Shown one piece after another: positions 28,801-37,179 of a stretch of DNA of 50,596 nucleotides. A model generated the notes under the pieces. It was not told the origin of the DNA, did not search any database, and was given only the letters and a program-made list of their open reading frames with translations. The stretch is from the sequence record OR767160; one strand, given 5' to 3'. Source of the DNA: Escherichia phage vB-EcoS-XT34. The position numbers were made by a program, and so were the translations under genes. Within the stretch, counting starts at the first letter, position 1. Each line of letters begins with the position of its first letter.

Positions 28801-29230
28801 CAAATACAATGGGGTTGAATATAGCGCAGGGATGAGCATGGAACTTGTTGGCACTGGTGGGAATGTTCGCAGTCAATTCATTTTTGACGCAAACAGATTC
28901 GCGATCAGTAACGGTATTGGCTCTGGTTCCGGTCAGTGGCAGCTCCCCTTCGTTGTAGAGAACGGAAACGTAATCATCCAAAGCGCGGTAATTGGCGATG
29001 GATCAATCAGCAACGCGAAGATTGGTAACTTCATTCAGTCCAATAACTACGTAGCTGGAAGTACGGGATGGAGGATTGATAAGTCTGGTAACGCTGAGAT
29101 TCGAGGTAAACTGTACGCCAGCAGTGGTGAATTCGCCTTCAACGGAACAAACAATACGGTACAGATTAACGGAAACGGAATCACTGTTAACTTACCAGGA
29201 GGAGGAAGAATTGTTGTGGGTACGTTCTAA
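25865..29230 (+). CDS. central tail fiber / host specificity protein (lambda J-like)
   Basis: 1121 aa, last and largest gene of the tail module. Confidence 0.8.
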   Translation: MIKNNVVTGRKGGSSKPHTPQEMEDNLISINKIKVLLAVSDGEVDDNFSLKDLYLNDVPVIAPSGEVNYEGVKAEFRPGTQTQDYIKGFNDTAAEFTVGRELKTTTPYVISVTNKQLSAVRVKILMPRGVTTKENGDMVGVVVKWAVDMAVDGGSYQEVLSDVIDGKTISGYDKTKRIDLPSFNSQVLLRVRRVTPDSNNARVVDAISIQSYAEVIDAKFRYPLTGLVYVEFNSELFQQIPRISTKKKWKLINVPSNYNPDLREYNGTWDGSFKKAWSNNPAWVLYDLITNQRYGLDQRELGIAVDKWSLYDAGQYCDQKVPDGHGGTEPRYLCDVVIQSQVEAYNLVRDICSIFRGMSFWNGESLSIVIDRPREASYIFTNDNVVDGSFAYTFASEKSMYTTCNVTFDDEQNMYSQDIEGVFDLNASLRFGHNPTSITAIGCTRRSEANRRGRWVLKTNLRSTTVSFATGLEGMIPMIGDVVAIADNFWSSNLTLSLSGRVMEVSGLQVFTHFKVDARAGDFIIVNKADGNPVRRTISKVSADGKTIELNVGFGFDVQPNTVFAIDRTDVALQQYVVTGITKGDGDDEFTYSITAVEYDPNKYDEIDYGVNIDDRPTSIVDPDNMQPPKNIVVSSYSRIVQGMSVETMVVGWDKVQYASKYDVQWRKDNGNWMNVPRTASSEVEVEGIYAGNYHVRVRSISSGGNTSPWSEVVSVGLTGKIGKPDKPTVITASDDQVFGIRVKWGFPEGSGDTAYTELQQIPDNGAGGHTGEENASLLTMIPYPQYEYWHSTLPAGYVNWYRARLVDRIGNASDWSDIVRGMASDDVESIIGEIKVDIENSEGFKYLQQNAIESNGAIQAQAESILENALANDTDVRRMTKENGKRKAEYVKAVNLIADETQARVEALTQLKAQIDDEVVASITEVQTALATETEARTTADTALSAQIGDTQAALNEKLDSWVDAESAGAQYGVKLGLKYNGVEYSAGMSMELVGTGGNVRSQFIFDANRFAISNGIGSGSGQWQLPFVVENGNVIIQSAVIGDGSISNAKIGNFIQSNNYVAGSTGWRIDKSGNAEIRGKLYASSGEFAFNGTNNTVQINGNGITVNLPGGGRIVVGTF

Positions 29231-29233
29231 AAC

Positions 29234-29256
29234 AAAAGCCCCGAAAGGGGCTTTAT
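29234..29256. terminator. bidirectional terminator between convergent genes
   Basis: aaaagcccc-gaaa-ggggcttt with A and T tracts on both sides. Confidence 0.6.
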
Positions 29257-29258
29257 CT

Positions 29259-30203
29259 TTAATACATATCTGGGAGGTAAGGTAGTGGCGTTGATATTGT
29301 TACGTCAGGTCTGTTTCCGATCTCATATCTTACAATCCTCGATCCAGTTCCTGAGCGAACATAACCATTGCTCATCACGACTCCCTTGTTCCTTAACTCC
29401 TTGTAAGCCCGTATTGCTCTTGTGTTAAATCCACACCTGAGTATTGGGAAGTAAGATTCACCAATGTATTGATTGCTACCTGATAGGTTTATGAATCCAG
29501 AAACAACCAATGGCCTCGTAACGGTTGATAATGTGCAAACACCATTTGAGTTAAATATGTTCAGTCCAGGACCAGGGGTTGGAGCGACCATCTGGAAGAT
29601 AATCAAATCCATAGTGACACTTCCTGGTGTATCACCAGTATCTTCAGTGTTTATGTTTGTACATATCAGCTGGTTACTACCATTGTATTCAACTGATACA
29701 CCTGAGTTATTCCACTTTCCAAATGGTATCCCATAAATTGGAAGGGTGTATGTATTGGTGAAAGATATCCTCTGAGCAAACTTGCATACCAATAGCCTAT
29801 CAGTAGTGGTTATCGAAGTAAAATCAGTACTATTCGCAACATAAATACCCTGTCCCGTAGATGCTCTTAGTACCTCAATAACAGTACCAGAAAATTGAGT
29901 TATACGGTCAGAATATCCATTCTCATATCCAATCGATATTGTTCCGCTTGATGCTGTTGACGAGAATCCATTTATGTAATAAATCTCAACCCCTCTATCA
30001 AGTTCGAATGAGTATGCACCATTGTTAGGGATTAGGAACCTTGAAGCTCCTTCATTACCCTGAATTGAAAAATTTTTGCTAAATCCACCACTGGATACGT
30101 TGAAATTTCCAGCGAAATTCAATGCCCGCATCCCTGCGGTTATTGTCATTGGCTTTCTTCCGTCATTGAGGTCTATATAAATACCTTGAGCCATTAATTC
30201 CAC
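29259..30203 (-). CDS. candidate receptor-binding or tail-tip accessory protein
   Basis: 314-aa Gly/Ser/Thr/Asn-rich ORF co-transcribed downstream of a lipoprotein gene and convergent with the J-like gene. Confidence 0.4.
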   Translation of the reverse strand: MELMAQGIYIDLNDGRKPMTITAGMRALNFAGNFNVSSGGFSKNFSIQGNEGASRFLIPNNGAYSFELDRGVEIYYINGFSSTASSGTISIGYENGYSDRITQFSGTVIEVLRASTGQGIYVANSTDFTSITTTDRLLVCKFAQRISFTNTYTLPIYGIPFGKWNNSGVSVEYNGSNQLICTNINTEDTGDTPGSVTMDLIIFQMVAPTPGPGLNIFNSNGVCTLSTVTRPLVVSGFINLSGSNQYIGESYFPILRCGFNTRAIRAYKELRNKGVVMSNGYVRSGTGSRIVRYEIGNRPDVTISTPLPYLPDMY

Positions 30204-30424
30204 TCCTTAGAACCATAATCACGAACAGAGCCACTGGAACCTTTAATACCATCGTAGCGAATGTCAATTTCACCAGCCGCAACAACTACGCCATCTTTCC
30301 ATTTAGATACGCACACGCCGCTTGAGGACGTTGCACACCACCCATCAGGGCGAGGGCCAGAAGAACAACCAACTGTCATGATCAATGCTGCTGCGATGAT
30401 TGCCGATTTGATTAAGTTAGTCAT
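30194..30424 (-). CDS. small lipoprotein, candidate superinfection-exclusion protein (Cor/Llp-like)
   Basis: 76 aa, signal peptide with lipobox LIMTVGC-S, driven by a box-type element. Confidence 0.55.
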   Translation of the reverse strand: MTNLIKSAIIAAALIMTVGCSSGPRPDGWCATSSSGVCVSKWKDGVVVAAGEIDIRYDGIKGSSGSVRDYGSKEWN

Positions 30425-30464
30425 TTTGTTTTCCTTAGTAAGTATTTTTCGTTTCGATGAAGTA

Positions 30465-30508
30465 ACTATACATGCAACTATCGTCGGAGTCTTTAACTAT
30501 TCGTGCTA
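30465..30508 (-). promoter_or_regulatory. box element variant (TAGCACGAATAGTTAAA) plus TATAGT and TTCATCGAAACGA leader, leftward
   Basis: read on the minus strand upstream of the lipoprotein gene; spacing and leader match the + strand boxes. Confidence 0.45.
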
Positions 30509-30585
30509 TTGTATACACGTAACCAATGTAACTCGATGTATACAATCCCATCCGCGAGAAATGATATACGCACTGTTACGCCAAT

Positions 30586-30670
30586 TTACGCAATGGTTAC
30601 ATTAAAATATCTATATATATCAACCTTTTACTCTTATTATTATTATTATATATATTAATGTGTATATCAT
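30586..30670 (+). repeat. AT-rich element shared with 251-350
   Basis: 26-nt core TTACGCAATGGTTACATTAAAATATC, one mismatch to the copy at 251-276, followed by TATATAT and (TTA)n tracts. Confidence 0.7.
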
Positions 30671-30880
30671 GTAACTACTTCTATAGAGTGTTCCGCTTAT
30701 AAATTTCTAATATGTACATTTATACAGTATTTAATCACAAGCATACCAATGCACCCTCCGCCAGAAGCGATATACACTATATACACGCTATTTACATCTA
30801 GCTATAGCTGGGCAGGATAGCCATTTTATGTAACTAGCTCCAATGTATACACATGATTACAGATACATGCACGTAACCTA

Positions 30881-30908
30881 TTGACTAATGCAACAAGTCG
30901 CGTATAGT
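30881..30908 (+). promoter_or_regulatory. candidate sigma70 promoter for the recombination module (TTGACT-16-TATAGT)
   Basis: -35 TTGACT at 30881-30886, -10 TATAGT at 30903-30908, then CATCAACAACGAACGAGGA leader and ATG at 30942. Confidence 0.5.
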
Positions 30909-30941
30909 TACCAGCATCAACAACGAACGAGGATTAAATAG

Positions 30942-31982
30942 ATGACCAAGCCACCGTTTCAATACTTCACGTCAGAAGAAATGAGCAACGACTTTTACCA
31001 CAGCAAAGATGAGTGGACATCAGAGTATGTATCAGGCTCATCACTCAGTAAGATCCATAGCACTTGTCCGGCAGCCTGGAAGTTTGAAATGAACTCGACG
31101 ACTAAGGCACTGGTCTTCGGTACGCAGTCGCATACCAACTTTGAGAGCAAAGCACTGTTTGAGCGTCAGTATCGCCGCGCACCGAAAGAAAGCGAGATTG
31201 AAAACGTGATCACTAGTCAGGCAGCATTGGCAACGAAATTAAAATCATTTGGCCTGACTGGTACAAGCGGTAAGCAATATCCAGAACTGATCAAGATGAT
31301 GGTTGATTGCGGCGAAGACCTCAACGTCATGTGGCTGATTGATATGATCGCACAATGTCAGGCGTGGGCCGATGGCGTGGAACTGGTTAAGGCGGAAGAC
31401 TACGACGCTTGCGTAAGTATGCGCCAAGTTCTTGAAATGATTCCTGAACATAACTCTTGCATGAACAGCGAGACGGCATTCCGTGAGTATTCTTTGTTCG
31501 GCGTAATCTGTGGCGTTAAAGTCAAGGTGCGACTTGACCATGTTGACATCATTAATGATCCAGAAGCCATCCGGCGCATGGGTTACGATCCTGAGATTCA
31601 CCCTGAAATCGTCGTCATCACTGATTACAAAACGACAATGAGCGCCAACCCGACCGAGTTCCCGCGCATGGCGTTCAACCTTGGATATTACCTCAAGATG
31701 GCATTGCAGCGTGACCTGTTCGTTAAATGCTTTGAGGAAACGCGACCTGTGGTTGTGCGCTTGCTGGCCCAGGAGAAGAAAGAACCTTACTTGCCTATGG
31801 CGTACCGCATGAGTAGCGATCAGCTTAAGATTGGTCGTGCGCAGTACATGAGCGTTATTCATACTTTCTCAATGTGCGAAGCGAATGACGTATGGCCTTC
31901 ATACAGCAACGGCGAACCAGAGATTGAGCTTGAGACTCCTGACTGGATTATGAAACAGTTCAAGCACATTCTGGAATCGTAG
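30942..31982 (+). CDS. recombination exonuclease (PD-(D/E)XK, RecB/lambda Exo-like)
   Basis: 346 aa, ITDYKTT motif; adjacent to Erf and SSB genes. Confidence 0.55.
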   Translation: MTKPPFQYFTSEEMSNDFYHSKDEWTSEYVSGSSLSKIHSTCPAAWKFEMNSTTKALVFGTQSHTNFESKALFERQYRRAPKESEIENVITSQAALATKLKSFGLTGTSGKQYPELIKMMVDCGEDLNVMWLIDMIAQCQAWADGVELVKAEDYDACVSMRQVLEMIPEHNSCMNSETAFREYSLFGVICGVKVKVRLDHVDIINDPEAIRRMGYDPEIHPEIVVITDYKTTMSANPTEFPRMAFNLGYYLKMALQRDLFVKCFEETRPVVVRLLAQEKKEPYLPMAYRMSSDQLKIGRAQYMSVIHTFSMCEANDVWPSYSNGEPEIELETPDWIMKQFKHILES

Positions 31983-32021
31983 CACTTTTTGCTAAACACG
32001 AACGCGGTGATTTGCTATAAT
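31980..32021 (+). promoter_or_regulatory. box element (TAGCAC-TTT-TTGCTAAA) plus TGcTATAAT
   Basis: box overlapping the exonuclease stop, 21 nt to an extended -10-like hexamer. Confidence 0.5.
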
Positions 32022-32058
32022 CACCGTAAATCAAACAAAGTAAACAAAGGTATATATA

Positions 32059-32715
32059 ATGCGTACATCAGAGAAATTTTCGAATGTTTCAGCCGCTCTA
32101 ATTGCAGCCAAAAAGCAGTTTGCCATCGCAAAAAAATCAGGCTTCAATGCTCACCTGAAAAGCCATTACTCAAACCTGACGGACGTTCTGGATGCGGTTG
32201 AGCCAGCACTAAAAGAGCATGACCTTATGGTTATCCAGTCAAATCTTGACACGTCAACAGAGAAGGTAATGCACATTGAGACACTCATCCTTCACAGCTC
32301 CGGCGAGTGGCTTGCGTTCCAGTACAATATGCCGATCGAGAAGATTAGCGCCCAGGCTTACGGCTCAACAACCTCATACGGTCGCCGTTACGCATTGTGC
32401 GCGGCGCTTGGAATCACTCAGAGCGATGACGACGCTGAAATCGCGAAGCGCACGGCAGCGGACTACAAAAAACTGATCGCCAACTGTGAAAAACTGGAAG
32501 ACCTCCAGGTGATCTATAAGAGCGCGAAAGGTTCGCTTGGCGCGGCGGAATGGAAGATTGCAGAAGACCACTTGCAGAAGCGCAAGGCTGAACTGAGTAT
32601 CGGTAACGCTCGCGGTTTCCAGCCAGCGAAAAAGGCAGATACTCAAAAGGTTGAAGGCAAGGTTGCAAATGCACCTTCCGAACCAGTACAATCTGAATCC
32701 ATCGAACAATTCTAA
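32059..32715 (+). CDS. erf: single-strand annealing protein, Erf family
   Basis: 218 aa with Erf-like N-terminal region, between exonuclease and SSB genes. Confidence 0.6.
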   Translation: MRTSEKFSNVSAALIAAKKQFAIAKKSGFNAHLKSHYSNLTDVLDAVEPALKEHDLMVIQSNLDTSTEKVMHIETLILHSSGEWLAFQYNMPIEKISAQAYGSTTSYGRRYALCAALGITQSDDDAEIAKRTAADYKKLIANCEKLEDLQVIYKSAKGSLGAAEWKIAEDHLQKRKAELSIGNARGFQPAKKADTQKVEGKVANAPSEPVQSESIEQF

Positions 32716-32753
32716 TTAACGGGGCTTCGGCCCCATCCAACAAGGAAAATAAA

Positions 32754-33200
32754 ATGCCACACGTAATCACTGGTCAGATCCGTAAAGCACCATTCACCAA
32801 AGAAGGCAGCAACAATAACGGGCGTTGGAAAATGTACGCCGTCGAACTTTCAGAGCGAATGAAGATTCGAAATCAAAATGGAGAGGATGAGGCTGTTTAC
32901 AGCAACTACCGCGCCACGTTCTTCGCAAAAGAAAACGTTATGCAGTGGTATGATGAAGCGTTCCAGGAAGGTAAGGTTGTATCAATTTCTGCCGACACAC
33001 TTCACTTAGCATCGCGCCAGGGAAATGACGGTACTGTGTATGTGACCGCCGAAATGATCCGTCCTCAGTTGCAATTCAGCCAGCGTGAGCCAGCGCAGCA
33101 GAGCCAAGGCCAGCAGCAGCAACGCCAGCAGCCTCAGCAGCAACAACTCCAGCAACAACCGCAGCAGCAAAACCAGTTCGATGATGACATCCCGTTCTGA
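32754..33200 (+). CDS. ssb: single-stranded DNA-binding protein
   Basis: 148 aa, Gln/Pro-rich linker and acidic C-terminal tail ending DDDIPF. Confidence 0.8.
   Translation: MPHVITGQIRKAPFTKEGSNNNGRWKMYAVELSERMKIRNQNGEDEAVYSNYRATFFAKENVMQWYDEAFQEGKVVSISADTLHLASRQGNDGTVYVTAEMIRPQLQFSQREPAQQSQGQQQQRQQPQQQQLQQQPQQQNQFDDDIPF
33092..33175 (+). repeat. CAG/CAA-rich low-complexity repeat encoding the SSB poly-Gln linker
   Basis: repeated cagcag/cagcaa units. Confidence 0.6.
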
Positions 33201-33210
33201 TATAAAAGAT

Positions 33211-33234
33211 AAAGCCCCTTTAGGGGCTTTTTTA
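33211..33234. terminator. bidirectional terminator between SSB and tailspike genes
   Basis: aaagcccc-ttta-ggggcttt with flanking A and T tracts. Confidence 0.6.
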
Positions 33235-35517
33235 TTAACCAATAACTGACATTCTTGAGTTGGCAAATGTATAAGCATCAGTTTTGTTAGGGAACTGAGC
33301 CAGGAAGTAATCACTAATCCTTACAACACCACCATTAGTTGACTGGAAACGAAGCCTTGCCGTTCCTGAAATAGATGCCTGGCCAACTCCATATGTATGA
33401 ATCCAGTTACCATTAGGCTTGGTATAAATCTCTCCAATAAGGATTGAATCAGCAACTGCAGCTGAAACATCCCCACTAACAACTTTAAGACTACAACCCC
33501 ATACAACCTGGTAATACTGAGCAATGTTGGCAGTTGGAACATCTAAATACAGAGTGTATCCTGCAGGAATCGATAGCTGAGCGCAGCTGTCACTAAGAAC
33601 GCCATCAGCAACAGCTGTTGCATCAACAGTTCCCGTGCCCAAAAATCGCCACGGACCAGCGTCAGAGAACGTCTTGGCATGTAAAACGCCGCCAACAGAT
33701 GACCTTCTAATCCTGCCCTTAATATCTGTAGCTCTTACACTTGCGCTCAATCCTTGACTTAGTGGGAATGAGTTATCAGCTATAGACTCAACAAGTATGT
33801 CACCACCTACGTAACCGCCGATTATCAAATCTCTGGCTATTAACCTGCTACCAGCGTCAATACTAATATCGTAAACACCTGATGCATTATCAATTCGACA
33901 GTTTTTAGTTAGAAGGGTTGAGCCTTTTAACTCAATGTTGTTTAAGTAGCAATTTTCAGCAACAACCATTGGCATATTCTCTAATTTTAGCTGTCTTGGT
34001 TTCTGCGATACGCCATCAACAATAACAGCCTGTTCAGTCGCAACTCCCTCAAGCCATACGTTTGAAATTGTTGGAGTAACAGTGGGTGTAACACCATTAC
34101 CTTTAAAGTAAATCCCACCGCCAGGGCAAGCCTCAAATGTACAATCCCTTATAGATACCCCATCAACCCCACTACCCTGCAAAGACCCACCAAGTGTTGA
34201 GCCATCAATGTAAATACCGTAAGTGTGAATGCCAGCAAAGTGGCAGTCCCTCCATGTATCACTACCAGTGTGCATTGCAACGTCCGATCTTGCTATGTGT
34301 CCATAGTTACACTCAAGGTAACTACAATGTTGGTAAGTGTTACCAATGTTTCCCTTTGGTTTCCTTAAGCCTATATCAAGGCTATCGAACGCAATATGAT
34401 CAAAGTTCCATCTGCCATCAGTATTAGACTGACCGAAAGTTATGCCGATGCCATCCCTTGTACCAATCTCACCTTGAATAAGGAAGTTTGAGGCGTGACG
34501 ATACTGCCACAACCTTGATGACTCAGTAAGAGTAAAGCTTGCCTGGTTGGGTCCTGGGTTGAACCTTGCTCCGTAACCTACACCAATGAGGTTAGCACTC
34601 CCAGAATAATACTCACCAGTGTAAATACCACTGGTGATAAGCATGTCGTTACGCTCTTCAGTTGAGTTTATCGCAGTCTGAAAGTCGGCGTAGTTACCAG
34701 ACCTGTTAATATCATTAATGTTCTGAGTTAGAGTCCTCTCACCAATCCTTACATTGTCACCACCAGATGAAGATAAAAGCTGATCCCTTAATGAGTTATC
34801 GCCAACGGCAACCCATGCGCCTGGAGCTACACCACCAGTTGATTCTGGAGTTGAATTTTCTGGTATTGTCTTTGGTAATGGGCCATTCCACAAATAAGAT
34901 GAAACATCATTACCATTAAAATAAAAAACCTGCTGAGTTTTTGATTCAATTGTCCCGCCACCATCAAATGATAACACAAGAGCGCCAGAAACTGAGTTTG
35001 CAGCGTTCTGAGCTACTCCGGCAAAATAAGAAGAACTATTTGCCTGCTCTGTAGCTATATCTTTATCAGATGAAACCTGGATGGCATCAGCAGCAACCTG
35101 CGCAGCATCAGTGACAACTTGCTGATACTGAGTGTTTACCTGATTTACTTCTTCCTTGAACTTAACACCATCAAACTGATTGAATGCATCAACTGCCTCA
35201 GCAACCTCAGTTTCACGAGATTGGTAGTAACGCAATGTTTCAGCCACATCCTGAGCCAACCCCTGGACGGTAATACCATCGTGAGCAAGAATTGAGTATT
35301 GAGTTCCGGTTGGTGCGGTAAATCCTTTGTCGTTAAAAACTCGAATTTCTGTATCGCTGATAATTTCAGCAATCGTAACAATGCTTGCTGGCGTGGTATT
35401 GAAAATCATTGTTGCTCCAACGCGAATTAGCGTTAGTGGTTGACGCCAGGTAGTCCCAACGCCGTTAACTGTACCATCTGCCGCTAAAGAGGCAGTTCCT
35501 GCATCATAAATAGCCAT
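33235..35517 (-). CDS. tail fiber / tailspike with probable beta-helix domain (candidate depolymerase)
   Basis: 760 aa, Gly/Ser/Thr/Asn-rich repetitive composition with interspersed Cys motifs such as CTFEACPGGGIYFKGNG. Confidence 0.55.
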   Translation of the reverse strand: MAIYDAGTASLAADGTVNGVGTTWRQPLTLIRVGATMIFNTTPASIVTIAEIISDTEIRVFNDKGFTAPTGTQYSILAHDGITVQGLAQDVAETLRYYQSRETEVAEAVDAFNQFDGVKFKEEVNQVNTQYQQVVTDAAQVAADAIQVSSDKDIATEQANSSSYFAGVAQNAANSVSGALVLSFDGGGTIESKTQQVFYFNGNDVSSYLWNGPLPKTIPENSTPESTGGVAPGAWVAVGDNSLRDQLLSSSGGDNVRIGERTLTQNINDINRSGNYADFQTAINSTEERNDMLITSGIYTGEYYSGSANLIGVGYGARFNPGPNQASFTLTESSRLWQYRHASNFLIQGEIGTRDGIGITFGQSNTDGRWNFDHIAFDSLDIGLRKPKGNIGNTYQHCSYLECNYGHIARSDVAMHTGSDTWRDCHFAGIHTYGIYIDGSTLGGSLQGSGVDGVSIRDCTFEACPGGGIYFKGNGVTPTVTPTISNVWLEGVATEQAVIVDGVSQKPRQLKLENMPMVVAENCYLNNIELKGSTLLTKNCRIDNASGVYDISIDAGSRLIARDLIIGGYVGGDILVESIADNSFPLSQGLSASVRATDIKGRIRRSSVGGVLHAKTFSDAGPWRFLGTGTVDATAVADGVLSDSCAQLSIPAGYTLYLDVPTANIAQYYQVVWGCSLKVVSGDVSAAVADSILIGEIYTKPNGNWIHTYGVGQASISGTARLRFQSTNGGVVRISDYFLAQFPNKTDAYTFANSRMSVIG

Positions 35518-35542
35518 AATTGTAAATCCTTAATTTAGTTAA

Positions 35543-35557
35543 TAGCACGATTTGCTA
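35543..35557 (+). promoter_or_regulatory. orphan box element (TAGCACGATTTGCTA) between tailspike and primase genes
   Basis: palindromic box with no correctly spaced -10 in either orientation. Confidence 0.35.
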
Positions 35558-35583
35558 ATCGCAGTATACCATCTTTCAGGAAT

Positions 35584-35606
35584 AAAAAAACCCGCCGAAG
35601 CGGGTA
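35584..35606 (-). terminator. rho-independent terminator (leftward) after primase
   Basis: minus-strand cccgc-ttcg-gcggg followed by TTTTTTT. Confidence 0.6.
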
Positions 35607-35610
35607 ATTG

Positions 35611-36552
35611 TTATGAATACTTATCTATCAGATCCTGCGGCGTATATAGCTTTCGCTCAAGTCCCATCTTGAAATTTCCACTGTTCGGCACGACAACTTT
35701 TAAATCCCTCTCGTCAGCCATGTAAAGCGTTCGCAAATCATCCGCTGTACACGCTACTCTCAACTCCCGATCGCCATGATAGCGATAAGCAACAATCTCA
35801 AGGTTCTCAGGGGAGAAAGTCACCCACACTTCCTGACTGGTCGCCATCTTCACACGATAACCATCAATCAGATCGCTTGTCATATATATAGCTGCATCAG
35901 CCTCGCCACTCCCCAGCTTAACCACTGAGCCGCGAGAATAATCACGCGCAAGGAAAGTGTATTCGCCATTATCATAAGCAAACATGACGTTACACATATC
36001 CTCATCAATTCCGTCATGGTGGACCATGTAGCACGGTAGTGCGTGTATTAGCTCCTCAGTGCCATTCTGACGCACTTTTACGCCAACATCATACGAATCC
36101 TCAGTTAGGCACTCATACACGCTTAAATCGGTGCTCTCGCGCTTTTCTGTGCGCTCCATTACAGCCACGCACGACTCATGATCCGCCATCTTGCCAAGGC
36201 CTTTCTCCGGTACGCGTGATACCCTGCGGTAAGCCTTCGACTTATAATCCTGTGGCACTTTGCCAAGGAATCGACCGAGAATATTAATCACTTCACTGTA
36301 AGGCTCACCAGTCAGCTTCATCATCCAGCCAACACCGGAGTCGTTACCGCACTGGTTACAGATTGCTCCACCGTCACCAGGGGAGTTAATGTTATCAGTC
36401 CAGCGGAAGCGATCAGATCCTCCACAGTGAGGGCACATCTGGTGCTTCTTATTGAACACGATGGACTGCAAACCACAAATTGACTGTAAGGCTTCTCGCC
36501 ATAACCCCTTCATATATGGCAGAACTTCTTCTTTCTGATACACCTCATTCAC
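35611..36552 (-). CDS. DNA primase (zinc-binding plus Toprim-like)
   Basis: 313 aa with CPHCGG..CNQCG zinc-ribbon motif near the N-terminus. Confidence 0.55.
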   Translation of the reverse strand: MNEVYQKEEVLPYMKGLWREALQSICGLQSIVFNKKHQMCPHCGGSDRFRWTDNINSPGDGGAICNQCGNDSGVGWMMKLTGEPYSEVINILGRFLGKVPQDYKSKAYRRVSRVPEKGLGKMADHESCVAVMERTEKRESTDLSVYECLTEDSYDVGVKVRQNGTEELIHALPCYMVHHDGIDEDMCNVMFAYDNGEYTFLARDYSRGSVVKLGSGEADAAIYMTSDLIDGYRVKMATSQEVWVTFSPENLEIVAYRYHGDRELRVACTADDLRTLYMADERDLKVVVPNSGNFKMGLERKLYTPQDLIDKYS

Positions 36553-36562
36553 TTTGATTGCT

Positions 36563-36600
36563 CCAATAAAAAAGGTTGCACCAATTATGGCACAACCTTG
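36563..36600 (-). terminator. candidate terminator (leftward)
   Basis: minus-strand aaggttg..caacctt stem with large loop followed by TTTTTTT. Confidence 0.4.
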
Positions 36601-36604
36601 ATTG

Positions 36605-37078
36605 TTATTCTTTAGCTTTCCGTGCTGCTTCGTTTGCTGCTTTAATTTTTCGCCATGATCGACATTCAGGCTTAGTGGCTAACTCAGCCTCAGTTACTAC
36701 GCGCAGCATGTGACGCTTTTTGCAACGCAGCGTCAGCGGCTTACCGTTCCCATCGAATTGCAGATCCGGTCGGCAGAATGTAGCGCGGAAGCCTTCGCCA
36801 GTTCGCTTATATCGGTTGTGCGCCAGTTGAGCACCGCGCGCCGACATCATGCCGCGTTTAAACCACTCTTCGACCGCCTGGCGAGTAACTTTTAATTGCT
36901 TCGCCATGTTCGCCTTGCTGCCGTAGAACTCAAATACAATATCAAGTCGCGCCCTTAATCCGGCCTTTACTTCATCCTTGAGAACATAGTAACCTGACGG
37001 TCGCTTACGCTGCTTCTTATCTTCCGTGCGGATAGTTCCGTTGTTACCGTTAAGAGTACGCTTATCAGTTGCATTCAT
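36605..37078 (-). CDS. helix-turn-helix DNA-binding protein (candidate transcriptional regulator)
   Basis: 157-aa basic protein with HTH-like segment MAKQLKVTRQAVEEWFKRG; a box element lies in its own upstream region. Confidence 0.5.
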   Translation of the reverse strand: MNATDKRTLNGNNGTIRTEDKKQRKRPSGYYVLKDEVKAGLRARLDIVFEFYGSKANMAKQLKVTRQAVEEWFKRGMMSARGAQLAHNRYKRTGEGFRATFCRPDLQFDGNGKPLTLRCKKRHMLRVVTEAELATKPECRSWRKIKAANEAARKAKE

Positions 37079-37091
37079 TTTATCACCTCAA

Positions 37092-37133
37092 TAGCATTTT
37101 TTGTTAAAAGTCATTACGATTTGATGGTAGTAT
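37092..37133 (+). promoter_or_regulatory. box element variant (TAGCA-TTTTT-TGTTAAAA) plus TGgTAGTAT, in a divergent region
   Basis: 21 nt to a -10-like TAGTAT upstream of the helicase gene; the same palindrome is 11-25 nt upstream of the divergent HTH gene start. Confidence 0.45.
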
Positions 37134-37179
37134 TGTACCAAATTAAACGCTACAAGACAATTTTTATAGGAATTTAGAT

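Noticed and set aside
31245-31862. 205-aa minus-strand ORF antisense to the exonuclease gene
   Set aside because: Nested antisense frame with no RBS; the + strand gene has clear signals and context.
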